A DNA stretch of 63,872 bases, the filler included, from Blastocystis sp. subtype 4 (lineage: Eukaryota), in assembly GCF_000743755.1 (NCBI RefSeq). It is 4 parts of 4 records of this genome, joined end to end, with 100 filler letters (N's around TTAATTAATTAA, not from the genome) between each part and the next. Parts side by side here need not be neighbours in the genome. Positions count along the whole stretch, not along the records: positions 27,557 to 54,095 come from NW_014569261.1; 3 more parts are not named here. The stretch is one strand, 5' to 3'. Positions 38,596-50,119 of the stretch are shown here, one piece after another (positions within the stretch are counted from its first letter, which is position 1; each line of letters starts with the position of its first letter). The position numbers were made by a program, and so were the translations under genes. The notes under the pieces were generated by a model, which searched no databases, was not told the origin of the DNA, and saw only the letters and a list, made by a program, of their open reading frames with translations.

Positions 38596-40410
38596 ATGGA
38601 TCAAGAATCGTTTTCCACTTCTCTTGTTGTTTCCATTTTCTGTATTAATGGTTCGGGAGATGTGTCATGCTAAAAGATTCTCTTATTTGTAGATTCAATC
38701 TTCTCATGGATTATTAAATCAACTAAAGATAGAGTTGATGGAGGTGGTGGAGTCATTATCTCATTCCTATTTGTGGAATAAGGATTGGTTTTATCTTATT
38801 CGAGTGGATGAGAAATCAAGAGAAGGAATTGAATACAGTTATTTGAAGGCAGATATGGATGTTGCTGATAGTGTGGAAGATGAATGGGTTGTCGCCTATC
38901 TAGCACTAGAAATATCAAAACGATATGATAATCTAGCTGTATCTATTACTATGGGACTCAACAGTAGATTCAACTCAAAGATAGTGATGGAGATTATCTG
39001 CTCATTGAGGCAGCCCAACATCTTCCAGATTGGATGGAACCAGAAGTGATGAAGAACCGCTTCTTCCTCTGGAAAGGCCATTTTCATGTGATTCCGCAGT
39101 CATCGAATTTGATTCGTCCAACGATCCAAGAAGTAGGAGGTGATTCAATGACATGATCCTAGAGTCTTCATCTTCTTTGTTCCATTCCAACACCGGTATC
39201 TTCAGACATTGAAGTTGCAATTAACAAACGAATAGAATCGCAACAACTCTTGATGCAGTCTTCAACTCATCATTGTTCTGGCTGGCTTCCTCGATCTTGG
39301 TCCAACCTTTTGGAAACGTATCCGTGGCTTCCAAGCTATTTTTGTCGACTTGTATTGGATGCGAGTGAATTAGAAGTCTCAAAGGCAACAGAAGCGTTAG
39401 CAGAACTACCTGTAGTAGAAGCCTCTATGGACATGGTAACGTTCGAAATCTCTCATGAGACTAGATACCAATTCACTTACCCAAACTTCTCTTTACTGAA
39501 ATTGTCAGTGCAACCATAGGAAAGGAATCAGGTGCCTCATCACTTCTTGATACCTATGTAAAGTCTACTCGCTTCGAACGAGCCAAGATCCTGGGTAATC
39601 GTATTCGAATTGGATCATTACTGTGGAAATGTCCTGAAGCCATAATCAATAATGAGACAGAGAGTTTGCAATATTGTAAAGAGTAGTAATATGGTAAGAG
39701 TAACAACTAGAAATCCCTCATCTTTAAGTCAAACATGTGTCACGGCTCTGGTGAATAATCGCGTGGGATATCTGTTGTTACATCATGAGTAGACCTTTCA
39801 ACAGTATCTGGATGCCCTAACTACTTCGATTCCTTCTCTTCTTCAAAACTCGGTAGAGAACCAAGTCTCCGAGAAAGTGGAAGAGGATTTGAAATGGCTT
39901 GAAATCACAGAACAACAACTTGAGGTGGCTCTTCATGAAGAGGAGGGAAATTTGCGAGAAGAAGACAAGAACATGTTTTTAAGTAGGACCGAAACAAGAT
40001 TAGGATGTAGATGAGGATATGGATGGAAGTGAGATTGGAACCCAAGTTCTGGATTCATTCAAATCATTCCTATCTGCGGTATCTAATGTTGAGGGAATTG
40101 ATTCAGTTGTTTCTCCAACTGAAAATGAAATGGAACCAAATGGATCAAGAGGTATGAATGTGAATTTTGATAATGTTTGCGATATTCTGAATGGTATACG
40201 TTCTAGCTGTTTAGAAGTGTAGGTTATGACTTCGTGGAGGAAGAAGAAAGCACAGTAGAAGGAGACAAAAACAACTCTGACAACTCCAGTGAAAGCGAAC
40301 AAACGGAAGTAGTCAATAACCTTCTCACTTCTCTCTCTCTCCAGGAAGGAGTGGATGGACCCGTTAATAGCATTCTTACGAGTCTAGGTATTCACTTTCC
40401 TCCTCAGTGA
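38596..40410 (+). CDS. ECD: ecdysoneless (ECD/hSGT1) homolog, spliced
   Basis: YLWNKD.F, DSVEDEWVVAYL..EISK, DSDGDYLLIEAAQHLPDWMEPE..NRFFLWKG..HVIP, C-terminal GPVNSILTSLG. Confidence 0.85.
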
Positions 40411-40616
40411 CGTTTGAAGTTGACTCATATCCTTGCAGAAACAGCCTGTTTGTTTTCAGATCTATGACTTTGGATCCAGTCATTCTTTTCCACGGCATAT
40501 TCCATAAAATGATAAAGGCAGATGGCAGTTGCTTGAGGAATTGCTTCTGACGTTTCCACGTTTCTCCCTTTTCGACCATTTCCACCTTCTAGTTCACAAA
40601 CGGTTAATAGATAGTC

Positions 40617-42107
40617 ATGTTCACACGCGGAATCGTTGCTGCTTCATCGAATGCTTTGACCAGCTCTGTACAGAAAAGATTTGAAGTGTCATTTGGTGTA
40701 GATGCTGCGAATGGCCCCCAAGACTGTGGGAGCTGTCAGATTCTTGAACATCCACGAATGGCAGAGCAAGCAGCTCATTCAGAAGTAGTTGTTGGTCTCT
40801 TTGTCTGATGAGTAGGTACGGAGGCAGAGCTCAGTCTGGAGAGGTTGCTTATTCACCTGAGAGATCTCGTGATATTGCTGAGAGACTCTGGAATCAGTGT
40901 ACGTCGTTTTGCTTTGGAAAGCTGATTCGTAGTCCCTGGATGCAAATTTGTTGTGAAGGCCCAGGTTCTTGCTGGTGGTCGTGGAAAGGGTCATTGGGAG
41001 AGTGGTATGCAGGGAGGAGTGAAGCTTGCCAAGACGTAAGTACAGTAATGGATTGTGATGGGTAGTCCTGAGGAAGTGGAGGCTATTGCTAATGAGATGC
41101 TTGGTGGAAAGCTGATTACCAAGCAGACAGGTGCTAAGGGTATCATGTGCAACAAGGTGATGGTGTGTGGTGCCGTGAAGATTCTTAAGGAGTTCTATCT
41201 TGCTATCCTCTTGGATCGTGCTATGGGTTGCCCTGTCATTATTGCTACGTTAGATTGATGTCTGAGAATGATGTTTAGGAGCCAGGGAGGTATGGGAATT
41301 GAAGAGGTTGCTCAGAAGTGCCCTGAGTGTCTGTTCAAGGTGCCTGTGAGTGTGAAGAATGGACCTACCGATGCTCAGCTGCAGAAGTTGGCGAAGGATC
41401 TGGGTCTGGAGGGTGATCTGGTACAGGACTGTGTAAACAATGTGAAGGCTCTGTATTCAGTGTTTGATAAGTGCGATTGCACCATGGTGGAGATTAACCC
41501 TCTGGGCGTGATTGAAACTCCTACTGATGAGAAGGTGGTGTGTTGTATGGATGCTAAGCTGTCATTCGATAAGGATGCTGCATTCCGTCAGAAGGACATC
41601 TTCATTCTTCGTGATAAGGTGAGAGAGGAAGACAGAAGTAATGCGTAGACCCAGGAGGATCCTCGTGATGTCCGTGCTTCTCTGGCTGATCTTAACTACA
41701 TCGGTCTGGATGGTGATATTGGTTGTATGGTGAATGGTGCTGGTCTGGCTATGGCTACTATGGATACCATCAACTATTTCGGTGGATCTGCCGCTAACTT
41801 CCTGGATGTGGGTGGTAATGCCAAGAAGGAACAGATTTCAGAGGCTCTGCGTATTCTCCGTTCTGATAAGCATGTGAAGAGTATTCTGATCAATATCTTT
41901 GGAGGAATCATGCGTTGTGATGTGGTTGCTCAGGGTATCGTGGAGGCTGTTCGTGAGGCCAAGTTGGATATTCCTCTCGTTGTGCGTCTGGAGGGAACCA
42001 ATGTCGCCAAGGGTAAGGAGATCCTCCAGAGTTCTGGACTCAACATTATTCCTGCCAACGATTTAGGAGACGCTGCTCAGAAGGCTGTCGCTTCAGTGAA
42101 GCACTAA
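40617..42107 (+). CDS. sucC: succinyl-CoA synthetase beta subunit (mitochondrion-related organelle), spliced
   Basis: [80 protein letters not shown]. Confidence 0.97.
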
Positions 42108-42463
42108 ATGTGTTAACGCATTTGTAGTACTTTGGATTGTTTGTTGAGAGTATGTGGTGACTAATTCTTTGAGACTATAACATATCACACTAGTTGGCTT
42201 TAGGGTAGCCAGTACGTATTGAATTCTGTTCTTCAGCATAGTGTGAAGCAAGTACAGAGATCATTATCGTATCTAATTGGAGAGTGATTCCCCATTTGTT
42301 GCATAGTGGCGGTCTATTTCTCCTACTTCTCGTTATCGCGGGAATGGAAAATGACCCGATTTAAAAGGTACCTAATAATTAAATTCATACAGCATATAAT
42401 AACTATATATTATTAATACAGACATAACCAACACTAAATCTCACTATTCTCTAGACAGAAAAC

Positions 42464-43398
42464 ATGAATCGTTTTCATTCTATTGAACTTCCTTGCTTGG
42501 AATCAGAAAGCAATTACTTACAAGTATCCATGCAACCAGATTCCAGAGCGTCAGGGCCAGATTCCCCCATATCCATGATATCTCCTGTTGCACATGGGAA
42601 TGATGAAGATCCATCACTATCGGATACAAGTGATTTGTTTGAGGTCAATTACTCTGGTAATAAAGATGGTAATGCGGAGAAAGTAACAACAATTCAAGAG
42701 TATACCAAGATGGTTATGGAGTGCATGAAGTGCGGAAAACAAATGACAACAACGGAAGTAGCAAAACGAATTATGGGGAATGTCAGACCAAGGCCTGACT
42801 CGTTGACGGTAAACATTCGCCGTCGTGTTGGAGATGCTCTTAGTGTGTTGAGCGGAATCAACTTTGTCGTAAAAACAAAAGGTGGCTATCAATGGGCAGG
42901 AAAGGAACAAGGATTTAATTCAATTCGTTTGATTTTGTCGTCTGTATAATTTGTAGGTGCTAAGAAAGAACTCGATGATCTGAAACGCAAATTGGAGCGA
43001 AAGAAAGAGACTCTTCGTCTATTGAAAGAACGTGTATGACACACAATAAGATGGTGATCTGTAGGTGGAAGAACTTCAGAAACAAAAGATGGCTCAATCC
43101 CAACCGAAATCTACTGAGTCGACACAGGATACTCTTCCTACAATCGAGTCACAACAGACCTTCTCGGTCGATTGTGTGAATTCCTTATGTCTTTCATTTC
43201 GTAGGCTCTGCAGTAGGTCACAATGGAGAAATGGATTCTCCAAAGAGTGTTCTATATGAAAATCCTGGAGGTGCCACTTCTTTCTCTCGCTTTCCTTCTT
43301 TCATGGACAGCTGTGAGGATTCGCAGATGTTCTTTTCTCGAACAAGGAGTTTTAGCGAAGTACCTGATACCCAAGATCTGTTCTTCGGTCCTTTGTAA
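42464..43398 (+). CDS. E2F/DP family transcription factor (DP-like), spliced
   Basis: TTTEVA...NIRRRVGDALSVLSGI..V.K...YQWAG winged helix followed by coiled coil. Confidence 0.75.
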
Positions 43399-43508
43399 GG
43401 CTTTTGATTTTGCATTACGAGTAGCAAAAATGCGAATGATCCACTTTATGATCCGTTGCTTCTCTTTTAGTTGGTTTCTAGCGTTTTCTGTTTGTTTTAG
43501 AATTGCAG

Positions 43509-45267
43509 ATGGAAGAAGTATCGGAACCGAATTCTCCATTGAACTCATGTCTGAAGCTTCTTCGGAGTGAAGGAGATGAACAGAAGATTGCTGGAATGCT
43601 CTTGGCTTCAAGACACTTGAAACCGATTGACGTATGGATAACTGGAACTACTCTTATTGAATAGAGCACCGACCCTACTGTAATCAAGCGAAATCAAGAG
43701 AATGGTGCTTTCGCTTTTATTGACCTTTATTTTTAGCTAGTGCAATTTTCAATGCTGTGGGTCTTCCATTTCTTGAGAAAATGATGAAAACACCGATTCA
43801 AGATGCGTATGACTCGTCCTATTGTTGTGTCGCATTGTCATTTATTCTAAAGTTGGAATACAAATTGTTTGGGATTATAGTTTCTGTGACATACCTGAGC
43901 TTCAAGTCAAGATTGTTCAACTGATCGTTCCGTTGCTTCAAGTGTTGAAGGAATCGAAAGACTTACAACAGCGAACCGATCTTCTTCATATTCTCTCTTC
44001 TCTTTGGAACAATACTACTTTACGTCCTGTATAATCAGATTTGATTGTTTGAATCTAGATTATCTGTAATCACATTGTGATTCTGTCTCTTTTGTCGTCA
44101 TGTAGCACCTTAGTGAATGAAGTTACTGTTGAACTACAGGAGAAGTACCTTGAATCAAAGAAAGAATCGAAAGAGAAGCATAGCGAATCAAAGAAAGAAT
44201 CGAAAGAGAAGCATAGCGAATCAAAGATAGAGTTACTCTTGAAACAGTATATCGCGTTCATCAACCTTTTGATTCAGTCCTACTCTTCAGAGGCTTCCCT
44301 TCCTCTCATTCTCGTCTCTTTATCCAAGTATTGTATCGATTTAGGATGTTACTGTAGAATTGCTTGTATGGCTCCTGCTCTCTATATGTACTCCCTTCTT
44401 CCTTCTCTTTCTTCTATCCTGATGTCCCATTCACTTCCTCAACAGTTGGGTGTTCCAGCGAATAAACATGCTGAACATCAAATTCTCTTCTTCTCTCACT
44501 GGCTTATTGCTCGTTGTTTTATCTACAAAACTCCTGCAGAATCCCGTATCTTTGTATTTGAGTTTCTTTGGTCTGTTGTGAACGTACTTCAATTCCGGTG
44601 GCTTTCCTTGCCTCTTCAAGCTTCGAAGGATTTGGGTGTCCCTGAAAAGGAGTGTGCCTTATCGGACTCCAAACTGATCTATCTGTTGATGAAGACAAGC
44701 AGTATTGAAATTCGAGTTCAACTCGATTATTTATACAAAGATGTTGTGAGCGTGTACGAGACAGGTATTATTGGATGATAGGATGGACGTTAGATGGTGA
44801 ATCAGCAACAAAGGATAAAGATCGGAGTGAAATATCAAACAGTTTGAATACTTTATTTATCTGTATCCAGATTGTGTGTTCAGTAATGAAAGAAGTGGGA
44901 GAAAGTGTGGATACCGAGAATGGTTGGTTTACCTGTGGTTTCTGATTCTAGCCTTTTCTTCTTTTGATTATGATGAAGTAGTTGCACTAAGTACTGCATG
45001 GGCGGAGTCATTACGATGTATCAAAGAGTATGTGACATTGGCCTTGGGTATTACAAGAACAGATATGTAAGGTTTGAAAGACGTTTGGTATGTAGATACA
45101 AACAACTTTACAAATCAAATCAAGATTTCATTACAATGAATAGGGCTATTGAATACTGTGTTTATTTTATTGACTTCTGTTTGGAAGAATTCCCCGAAGA
45201 AATTGAAGATGACTCAATACTAGAGGACTTGATGGAGTGGCACGAACGATTCCAGTTTCGTTTATAA
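43509..45267 (+). CDS. neurochondrin-like protein, spliced
   Basis: LNSCLKLLRSEGDEQKIAGMLLA and IFNAVGLPFLEKMMKT match the neurochondrin N-terminus. Confidence 0.65.
44151..44226 (+). repeat. 33-nt tandem duplication encoding (ESKKESKEKHS)x2
   Basis: GAATCAAAGAAAGAATCGAAAGAGAAGCATAGC occurs twice in tandem. Confidence 0.9.
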
Positions 45268-45289
45268 GTTGTTTGGCTGAACAAACAAA

Positions 45290-46016
45290 CTACATAATAT
45301 GCGTCACTTTCACAGAACCATTATAAGAATTACGCTGCTTGTACGCGATTACAGCAGCCTTGCAGAATACTTCAAAGATGTTCTCTCCACTTTTTGCAGA
45401 ACATTCAAGCATTTCAAATTGATTTGCAGTAGCATACTTCCGAATGTTCTCTGCATCCACCTTACGATTTGTTGAGTCGATTTTATTTCCAACTACAATG
45501 ATCTGACAATCCGGACTTTCTTCAAGAAGACAATTGATCCACTCATCCATATTACTTGCTGATTTAGGATCTGTAACATCGTAAACAACAAGTCCAATCA
45601 CTGCTTCTCGCAAGAAGTAGCGAGTCATCGAGCGATATTGTTCTTCACCTGCTGTATCCCAGATATGAAGTCTAGGCATTAATGCACTCGAAAACCAATT
45701 TACTTCACATTGATAGTTTCACCATCTTCTCGTTGGAGAGACATATCTTTCGATGCAAAGGCTGTACCGATTGTCAAAGCATGTGCAGCCGAAAAGCTAT
45801 TTTCGGTAAATCTCTTCACAATACTATCTATTAAAACCATATATCCACTACCTACCTGGATTTCCCTACAGCACGATCTCCTATTAGTACAATTTTGTAT
45901 GCATCAGGAAGAGCCTCTACTGGTTCTTCTTCTGTAACAGGAATGTCGATCGCATTTCCCTAGTTCTCATTACAGCCTAGTAATCTTACTTTCTCCTTAC
46001 CACTGCAGTTTCCCAT
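45290..46016 (-). CDS. Rab-family GTPase (Rab5-like) with N-terminal MGNC acylation motif, spliced
   Basis: KIVLIGDRAVGKSS, TIGTAF, IWDTAGEEQYRSM, VGNKID, ECSAKSG; no C-terminal Cys. Confidence 0.85.
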
Positions 46017-46187
46017 TGATCTATTTGATAATACTTACTTTACAAGCAGTGATTTGTTTGGGTATGGACAAAAACCGAACCTTTTTCTGGAGTATTCCCT
46101 TTTCATAGGAATCCTCTTGCATACTTTGTATCAATCCTTCTTTGGTGTTGATCACTACTGACTTCTTTTTATCATACTTAGTTTATC

Positions 46188-47173
46188 ATGTCATCATTAG
46201 CTGCTGTTCAAGCTGATGGCTACTATTATCCTCCTGAGTGGAGTCCCTCGAAGGGTAGTAAGGACAAATTCCATCATGTAAGTCTATGGTGTTTAATAGC
46301 GTAATAATGTAGTCACATCCACTAGGAGCCCGTGCTAGAAAGCTTCATTTAGGCATTGTGATCGTTCGTTTCGAAATGCCCGTTAATGTGTGGTGTGAAG
46401 GATGTAACGAACATATTGCCAGGGGAGTTCGATTTAATGCTGAGAAGAAGAAGTGTGGTACTTATTTCTCTTCGGATGTGTTCGAGTTCCAGATGAACTG
46501 TCATCTCTGTGGACAGAGGTTTATTATCAAGACTGATCCTCAGAATCGTGACTATGAGTTCGTTAGTGGTCTACGAAGGAAAGTGGAGACTTTTGATGTG
46601 AAGGATATTGGAACAAGGGAATTTGACGAGAAGGAACAGGCCCTAATGCGAACGGATGCGATTCGATCCTTAGAGAATAAGGAAGTAGATGCCATGAACT
46701 TTCAAAAGGCTGTTCCTGCTCTGGATGGAATCCGAGAGATTCAAGACCGTATTTACGAGGACGAAGACTCGTTGAATCGCCTTGTTCGAGGCAAGTTGCG
46801 TGTTATGCGAAAAGCGGAGAAGAAACGTGAAGAGAAAGCACAAAATGCAGGGTTGGGGATCAAACTGCTTCCGACAAGTAAAAGTGATATTCGTTCAAGC
46901 AAATCTGTGTTGTTCCATAAGAAGACAAAAGCAGAGGTTGATTCAAAACTCCGGGAATTTAATACTCGTACTGGAAGCATTTTTGGCGAATCAAATCCTT
47001 CTCGTGATCACACGATGCGACAATGCATTCGTAATGGAGTAGATTTTGGAGTTTTCAAGAAACCTGAAGTGAAAGAAGAAGCGAAAGTGGGTGTAAAAGT
47101 TACTGTGAAACCAAAACAACCTGTCAAGAACACACTTGGATTGATTCCTTCCTCCTATGGAGAGACTGACTAA
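46188..47173 (+). CDS. YJU2B: splicing factor CCDC130/YJU2B (CWC16 family)
   Basis: MSSLAAVQADGYYYPPEW, IVRFEMPVNVWCEGC..HIARGVRFNAEKK, IKTDPQNRDY. Confidence 0.9.
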
Positions 47174-47230
47174 CTGTACTATGCTGCTGTAATATAGATA
47201 TTGTTTGTAGTAAACACATTCTAAAGGGAC

Positions 47231-48480
47231 TTAATGTGTCATTAGACTCATAATTGCAAAAGTTGCGATGCTACTTAGTACATAAATAATAGCATTTGTC
47301 TGGACTCGGTCTTCTGAAGAATGAAGTGCCACCTACTCTTCATCTCCTCATTCACTCCTACTGTTGTACTATCTTCTGTTCTCTGTAGAGCTGGTTTTAC
47401 TTCAGTCAGATATTTCGATACTTCCAGAACTGTTTGTTTTTGTTCTTCCAAACTCGATGCATCGACAGCTACTGCTTCACTCTTCGTTTCGATATCGGAT
47501 GTATCTCCTAGATTGTGAATACTATTATGAACTCCCGTTAACAGCAATTTGTTCTCTTCGTAAATCTACCTGTTACCAACTTCTCTTTCTTACCTCCTGT
47601 TGTGATTGCTTAATTTCAGCAATTTGCTTTGAAAGAGCATTCTATACATTAATAATAGATTTCTTGACTACATTTGTATCAATCGTATATTCCAAGTTCT
47701 GACGAATCCGTTTTCTGTCATACCGTGTATAGAAAAACATGAGTAGATTCAGTCCCAACATTGCAATATACGAATACTGTCCAAGTCTTCGAATCTTCTG
47801 TTCCCAAGCTCTCTCCTCGTAATATCGTTTGTAAATATCATCCTTATACTCTTCCAGCTGACGCTTCTGTAATTCAAAGAGACTACCACTCATTCTGCTT
47901 CTCTTTACCTACTCAAAGTACTCTTTTCTTACATTTTCTAATGGCATCTCCCACTCATTCTCATTTGCTACTAGTTCTGCTAGCCTTTTATTCTCTTCGG
48001 CAGTTCGTTTAGGTTTCATCAACAGTTCAGAACGTTCTAACTGCAAATCCATTACTTGTTGCTCATGATTCTACATATCAATTCATCCTAATCACTACTT
48101 ACCAAGTATTCTGCATTGAGTTCTCTTAGTTGCTTGGTCGTATATTCAAATTTCCTTTCAGATTCATTTACATGTTTCTCTATTTCCGTTATTTGATCAT
48201 ATCCTGTGGTTTTGTTGATCACATCGGAAATCCAGACACAAAGTGCATTAAACCCAACTACACTCTTTTCTTTCACAGTTTTCAGGTTTGTACTCATTCT
48301 ATTCACGAGATTCCAGGATTCGCTTACTTCTCCATATAGGGTTGGGAATTCCGTTCAACATCTTCAAATTTCCGCTTCAGTGCATTTAACGACTGACTTG
48401 ATACTCCTTTCGCTTAATGTTACAATTCTTCAGGTATTGATACAGATGGACCTTTTGAATAACAGGGTACGTCCTAGCAT
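47231..48480 (-). CDS. She9/Mdm33 (CCDC51)-like mitochondrial inner-membrane coiled-coil protein, spliced
   Basis: INKTTGYDQITEIEKHV; IYKRYYEERAWEQKIRR...LGLNLLMF; C-terminal transmembrane segment. Confidence 0.7.
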
Positions 48481-48613
48481 CTTTCTGAATGTATGAAAGA
48501 CTCTATTCCTATTTGTTGAATTCCCGTGGTTTTGTTTGACCATTTGATTATCACAAACACAAGAAACCATAAAATCCTACTCTATAAGGCGACAGCATAA
48601 CAACAAACCTTAG

Positions 48614-50086
48614 ATCTATTCACTACATTTAACAGATCACTGTCTTTACTTAAAAGGGCAATGAGATCCTCTGTAGATGATAGCATTAAGATCTACGATG
48701 AACTTTCAATGTCAATGTTACTGGACGATCCATTGGCTTAAGGCGTTTAGATTGGACTACTTTACAGAAACCATTATGAACTAGTTGATCAAAGAGGATT
48801 CCAAAGTCTGTGACACTTGGTCTTGAACCACCAATCATGTTCTTCTGAACTTGCAAATAAACTGATCGAAGAGATGTCCCAGTGATCGCTTTGAACGTCT
48901 TCTTTAGTTGAGGATTCTTAGACCGTTCTTCCATTTCTTTCACCATACCACACAAACATGCCAGCAGAACCTGAACAAGACGAGGCAACTCTGAGACCTG
49001 AGAAAGCTCACTACTTCGAAAAAATTGGAAAAGAACCTTGGACATTTGGGGTACTTGAACAGAAATGGTAGGAATCACCACACCACTATCAAAAACAAGT
49101 TGAAGTACAGATTTGCAGATATCAAGAAGACGACGAGCATCTCCCATTTCTGCCTAGAATTCAAAACAAGGATAATCTATTACCACTTTCTTTGCACATA
49201 ACTCAACTGCTGTAGGACTAAATAACACAAGAGAAGTATTAAGTGCTTCATTGCACAGAGCACATCGTTGCTGGATGATCTTGGAGAGATCATCTACTGT
49301 GTAAGACGGAAATACAATTGTTTTTGGCTTCTTATCTACATTAAATCCAATATCTAGCCCTACTCCGACCGATCTTTAAGAGAGGAAGACTTCTTTCAAC
49401 CAAATCGACACTATTAGCAATACCAATAACAATAATAATATGAGAACTTATGTAAGGCCATTCAAACATGTCATAGACGATTGACCGTTCTTTCGTTAAC
49501 AAATGATCAATCTCATCAATACAAATGATCCTAAACATAAAAAAATACAGGGTTCATTATCACATTGGTGATCGTTTCCTTGTTTTCTTTAGTAACATAT
49601 CCTCTAACGCCTGCTTTGCTTTTTCCCATACCATTTTCTCATCCAATAAGGATTCTGCCAATAATGAGTATATATCCTATGATCAGAATCAATTCCTATC
49701 GATACCTGATTCTTCTGAACAGTCATTGCATTGATATAAACTTCCTTTATTCCTCTCTACATATCATCACCTTGAATAATCCATACACCCTTCTTTTTCT
49801 TTATTTCATCCAATAACTTGCTTATCAGTAAGGACTTTCCAATTCCAGGTGATCCACAAATATAGATTGACCCTCCCTTTTGTTCTTTCAAACATCCATC
49901 AATGAATTCCGTGATTTCCTATTCTCTATTCCTTCTAAAGATATTTAGTACTTCTTTTTCCTTTTCGCGACAGATCATTGTCGACGGCTTCATAGTGGTA
50001 TCAAACCACTCCAAAACCGACGACAATGGAATATCGTCTTTGTCCTTCTTCTGCCGTTTGGATGATGGAACTATGGGATTAGTCAT
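48614..50086 (-). CDS. CDC6: cell division control protein 6 (CDC6, AAA+), spliced; stop possibly made by polyadenylation (genomic TAG alternative near 48582)
   Basis: CREKE, IYLCGSPGIGKS, IICIDEIDHL, IGIANSVDL, FPSYT, GDARRLLDIC. Confidence 0.85.
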
Positions 50087-50119
50087 TATGCCAAAGGCGT
50101 GTTCTAAACAAACAGACTA

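Noticed and set aside
43252..43611. 119-aa minus-strand ORF between the DP-like and neurochondrin-like genes
   Set aside because: Antisense to the coding ends of both plus-strand genes, with no motifs.
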